A stretch of 64,000 nucleotides of DNA. Source: Lama glama. Lineage: Eukaryota. The translations under genes and the position numbers were made by a program. Under the pieces are notes generated by a model. It did no database searches, was not told where the DNA came from, and was given only the letters and a program-made list of their open reading frames with translations. The DNA is taken from contig CM052816.1 of the NCBI GenBank assembly GCA_028534125.1, forward strand, positions 25,174,001 through 25,238,000, read 5' to 3'. The first letter of the stretch is position 1. Every line of letters begins with the position of its first letter. Of this stretch, positions 62,691 to 64,000 are shown piece by piece.

Positions 62691-62949
62691 GTCAGTCAAT
62701 TAAGGATGAATGTGATATAATTTTTACGTTTGTTTTTAGTAGACAACTAGCAATCTGAGATCATTTAAATCACTAAAATTGGATTAGAGTGACTTGAGGC
62801 TGTTATTGGTCCCTGCAACAGCTGGTCTATAACCAAATCAGTGTTTCTCATGGAAGGTAGACTTGAGGGTCCTAGCATTAGTGCACAGGTCTCCTAACCC
62901 TTGGTGATCCCAACAGCTTTGCAAGTTGCCCATAAATTCTACTGACTTC

Positions 62950-63210
62950 TTAGCCTCCCACTTTCCTGTTGCAGAATTGGTAGTTGTCCTTAGGAGCAAC
63001 TGTCCCCAGATATTGGGCTCTGTTCTCTGGATTCCTTGTCTTTTTATTAATCTTATTTCTGCAATTCTTTGCTCTTTGATAGCTATCAGATATATTTATA
63101 CAGTTTTAATAGTAATATAATAATAATAAAAATAATTGTCCAGATTTTCTAGTCATTCTCGTTTTGAGAGTTGGTTTAATTTCACTATTCCATCATTCCA
63201 TAGGAGAGCT
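62950..63210 (-). mobile_element. Ancient L1ME 5' end fragment
   Basis: TTGTCCAGATTTTCTAGTCATTCTC..GAGAGTTGGT resembles the antisense L1ME 5' terminus. Confidence 0.45.
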
Positions 63211-63214
63211 CTGC

Positions 63215-63460
63215 CATTTTCACCATTCATCTTCCAAGGCTGCCTTTGTGGTCACCATTTCTAATCAACAGCAAAAAAGTCGATGTTTAGAGCCAGAGCT
63301 TTTTGTTTTGTTTTGTTTTGTTTTGTTTCTTTTTGATCCATTGACATCCATTTGCTCACCTTCCATTGGGGAAAACTTAGTCTTGACTACCCACCTCTAT
63401 GGGAGCCTAAGAAATATAGTTGTAGATGCACAGCCCAGGAGGAATGAGAGACCAACCACC
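63215..63460 (-). mobile_element. Old MLT1 (K-N type) fragment containing (TTTTG)n
   Basis: TGCTCACCTTCCATTGG..AACTTAGTC..GGAGCCTAAGAAATATAGT..GCCCAGGAGGAA. Confidence 0.5.
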
Positions 63461-64000
63461 TTTGCCACATGAGGCCACCAAAGAATATTCTAAATTAATT
63501 GTTTTGTTCTTGTAACTCATTGACTCAGATCTCCTCTTCATTTGAACCTTTAGGATGGTAAATGTTTTTCCTTGTTATGCAGTATTTTTTCATATTCTTC
63601 ATGATAATCTTTAAAATTTATCCTGTAATAAAGAGATATTTGTCTGGGCTTACCCCTTTTATACTCTTATGGCTTCTGGCCTACTCCTCCTCCTAGAGAG
63701 AAGATCATGGTCAACTCCTAGTCTAATTTCCAGAATTTAGCAGGCTTTTGTCCACTCTAGTCCTAGTGATCTGGAGTGAATTCTTTGCTTGGTGCCCACC
63801 TGCATTTTCATTTTAATTCTGGACTGTGCAACGCCACCTCTCAAAGCAACCCACCAGCTCTCTGCCTGGATTTCTGTAAGTTTCAGTGGACCATCTCTTT
63901 TTGTTTGGAGTCAGAAATCACAGCTAGTGTGAAGGGAAGCGGGGACAATATTGTGCTGCTCCAGAATGTAGTACCCTTGATCCTGAGAACAGCTGTCTGG

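Noticed and set aside
433..63472. Six-frame ORFs as protein-coding genes
   Set aside because: All are short (under 190 aa) and compositionally biased. The only recognisable peptides are frameshifted L1 ORF1/ORF2 remnants.

Overview
This window is mammalian non-coding DNA, AT-rich and CpG-poor. It is probably from a camelid, because the youngest LINE-1 3' end (about 60,000-60,355) resembles camelid L1 as I recall it; a cetartiodactyl origin is the safer call. I found no supportable protein-coding gene, RNA gene, CpG island or CRISPR array. The only ORFs in the track with recognisable homology are decayed LINE-1 ORF1/ORF2 fragments. Roughly half the window is recognisable interspersed repeats: L2, MIR, L3/CR1, HAL1, old L1M, MaLR/ERVL solo LTRs, MER21 and hAT DNA transposons, many of them nested. 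The most informative structures are two independent 5'-inverted (twin-priming type) L1 insertions, an orphan L1 5'-UTR head, a poly(A)-only insertion with a 12-bp target-site duplication (TSD), a templated AT-rich insertion, and a 15-bp perfect inverted repeat in an unclassified 1.1-kb segment. I cannot support a previously undescribed biological system here. Subfamily names come from recalled consensus motifs, boundaries are approximate, and both need Dfam/RepeatMasker confirmation.
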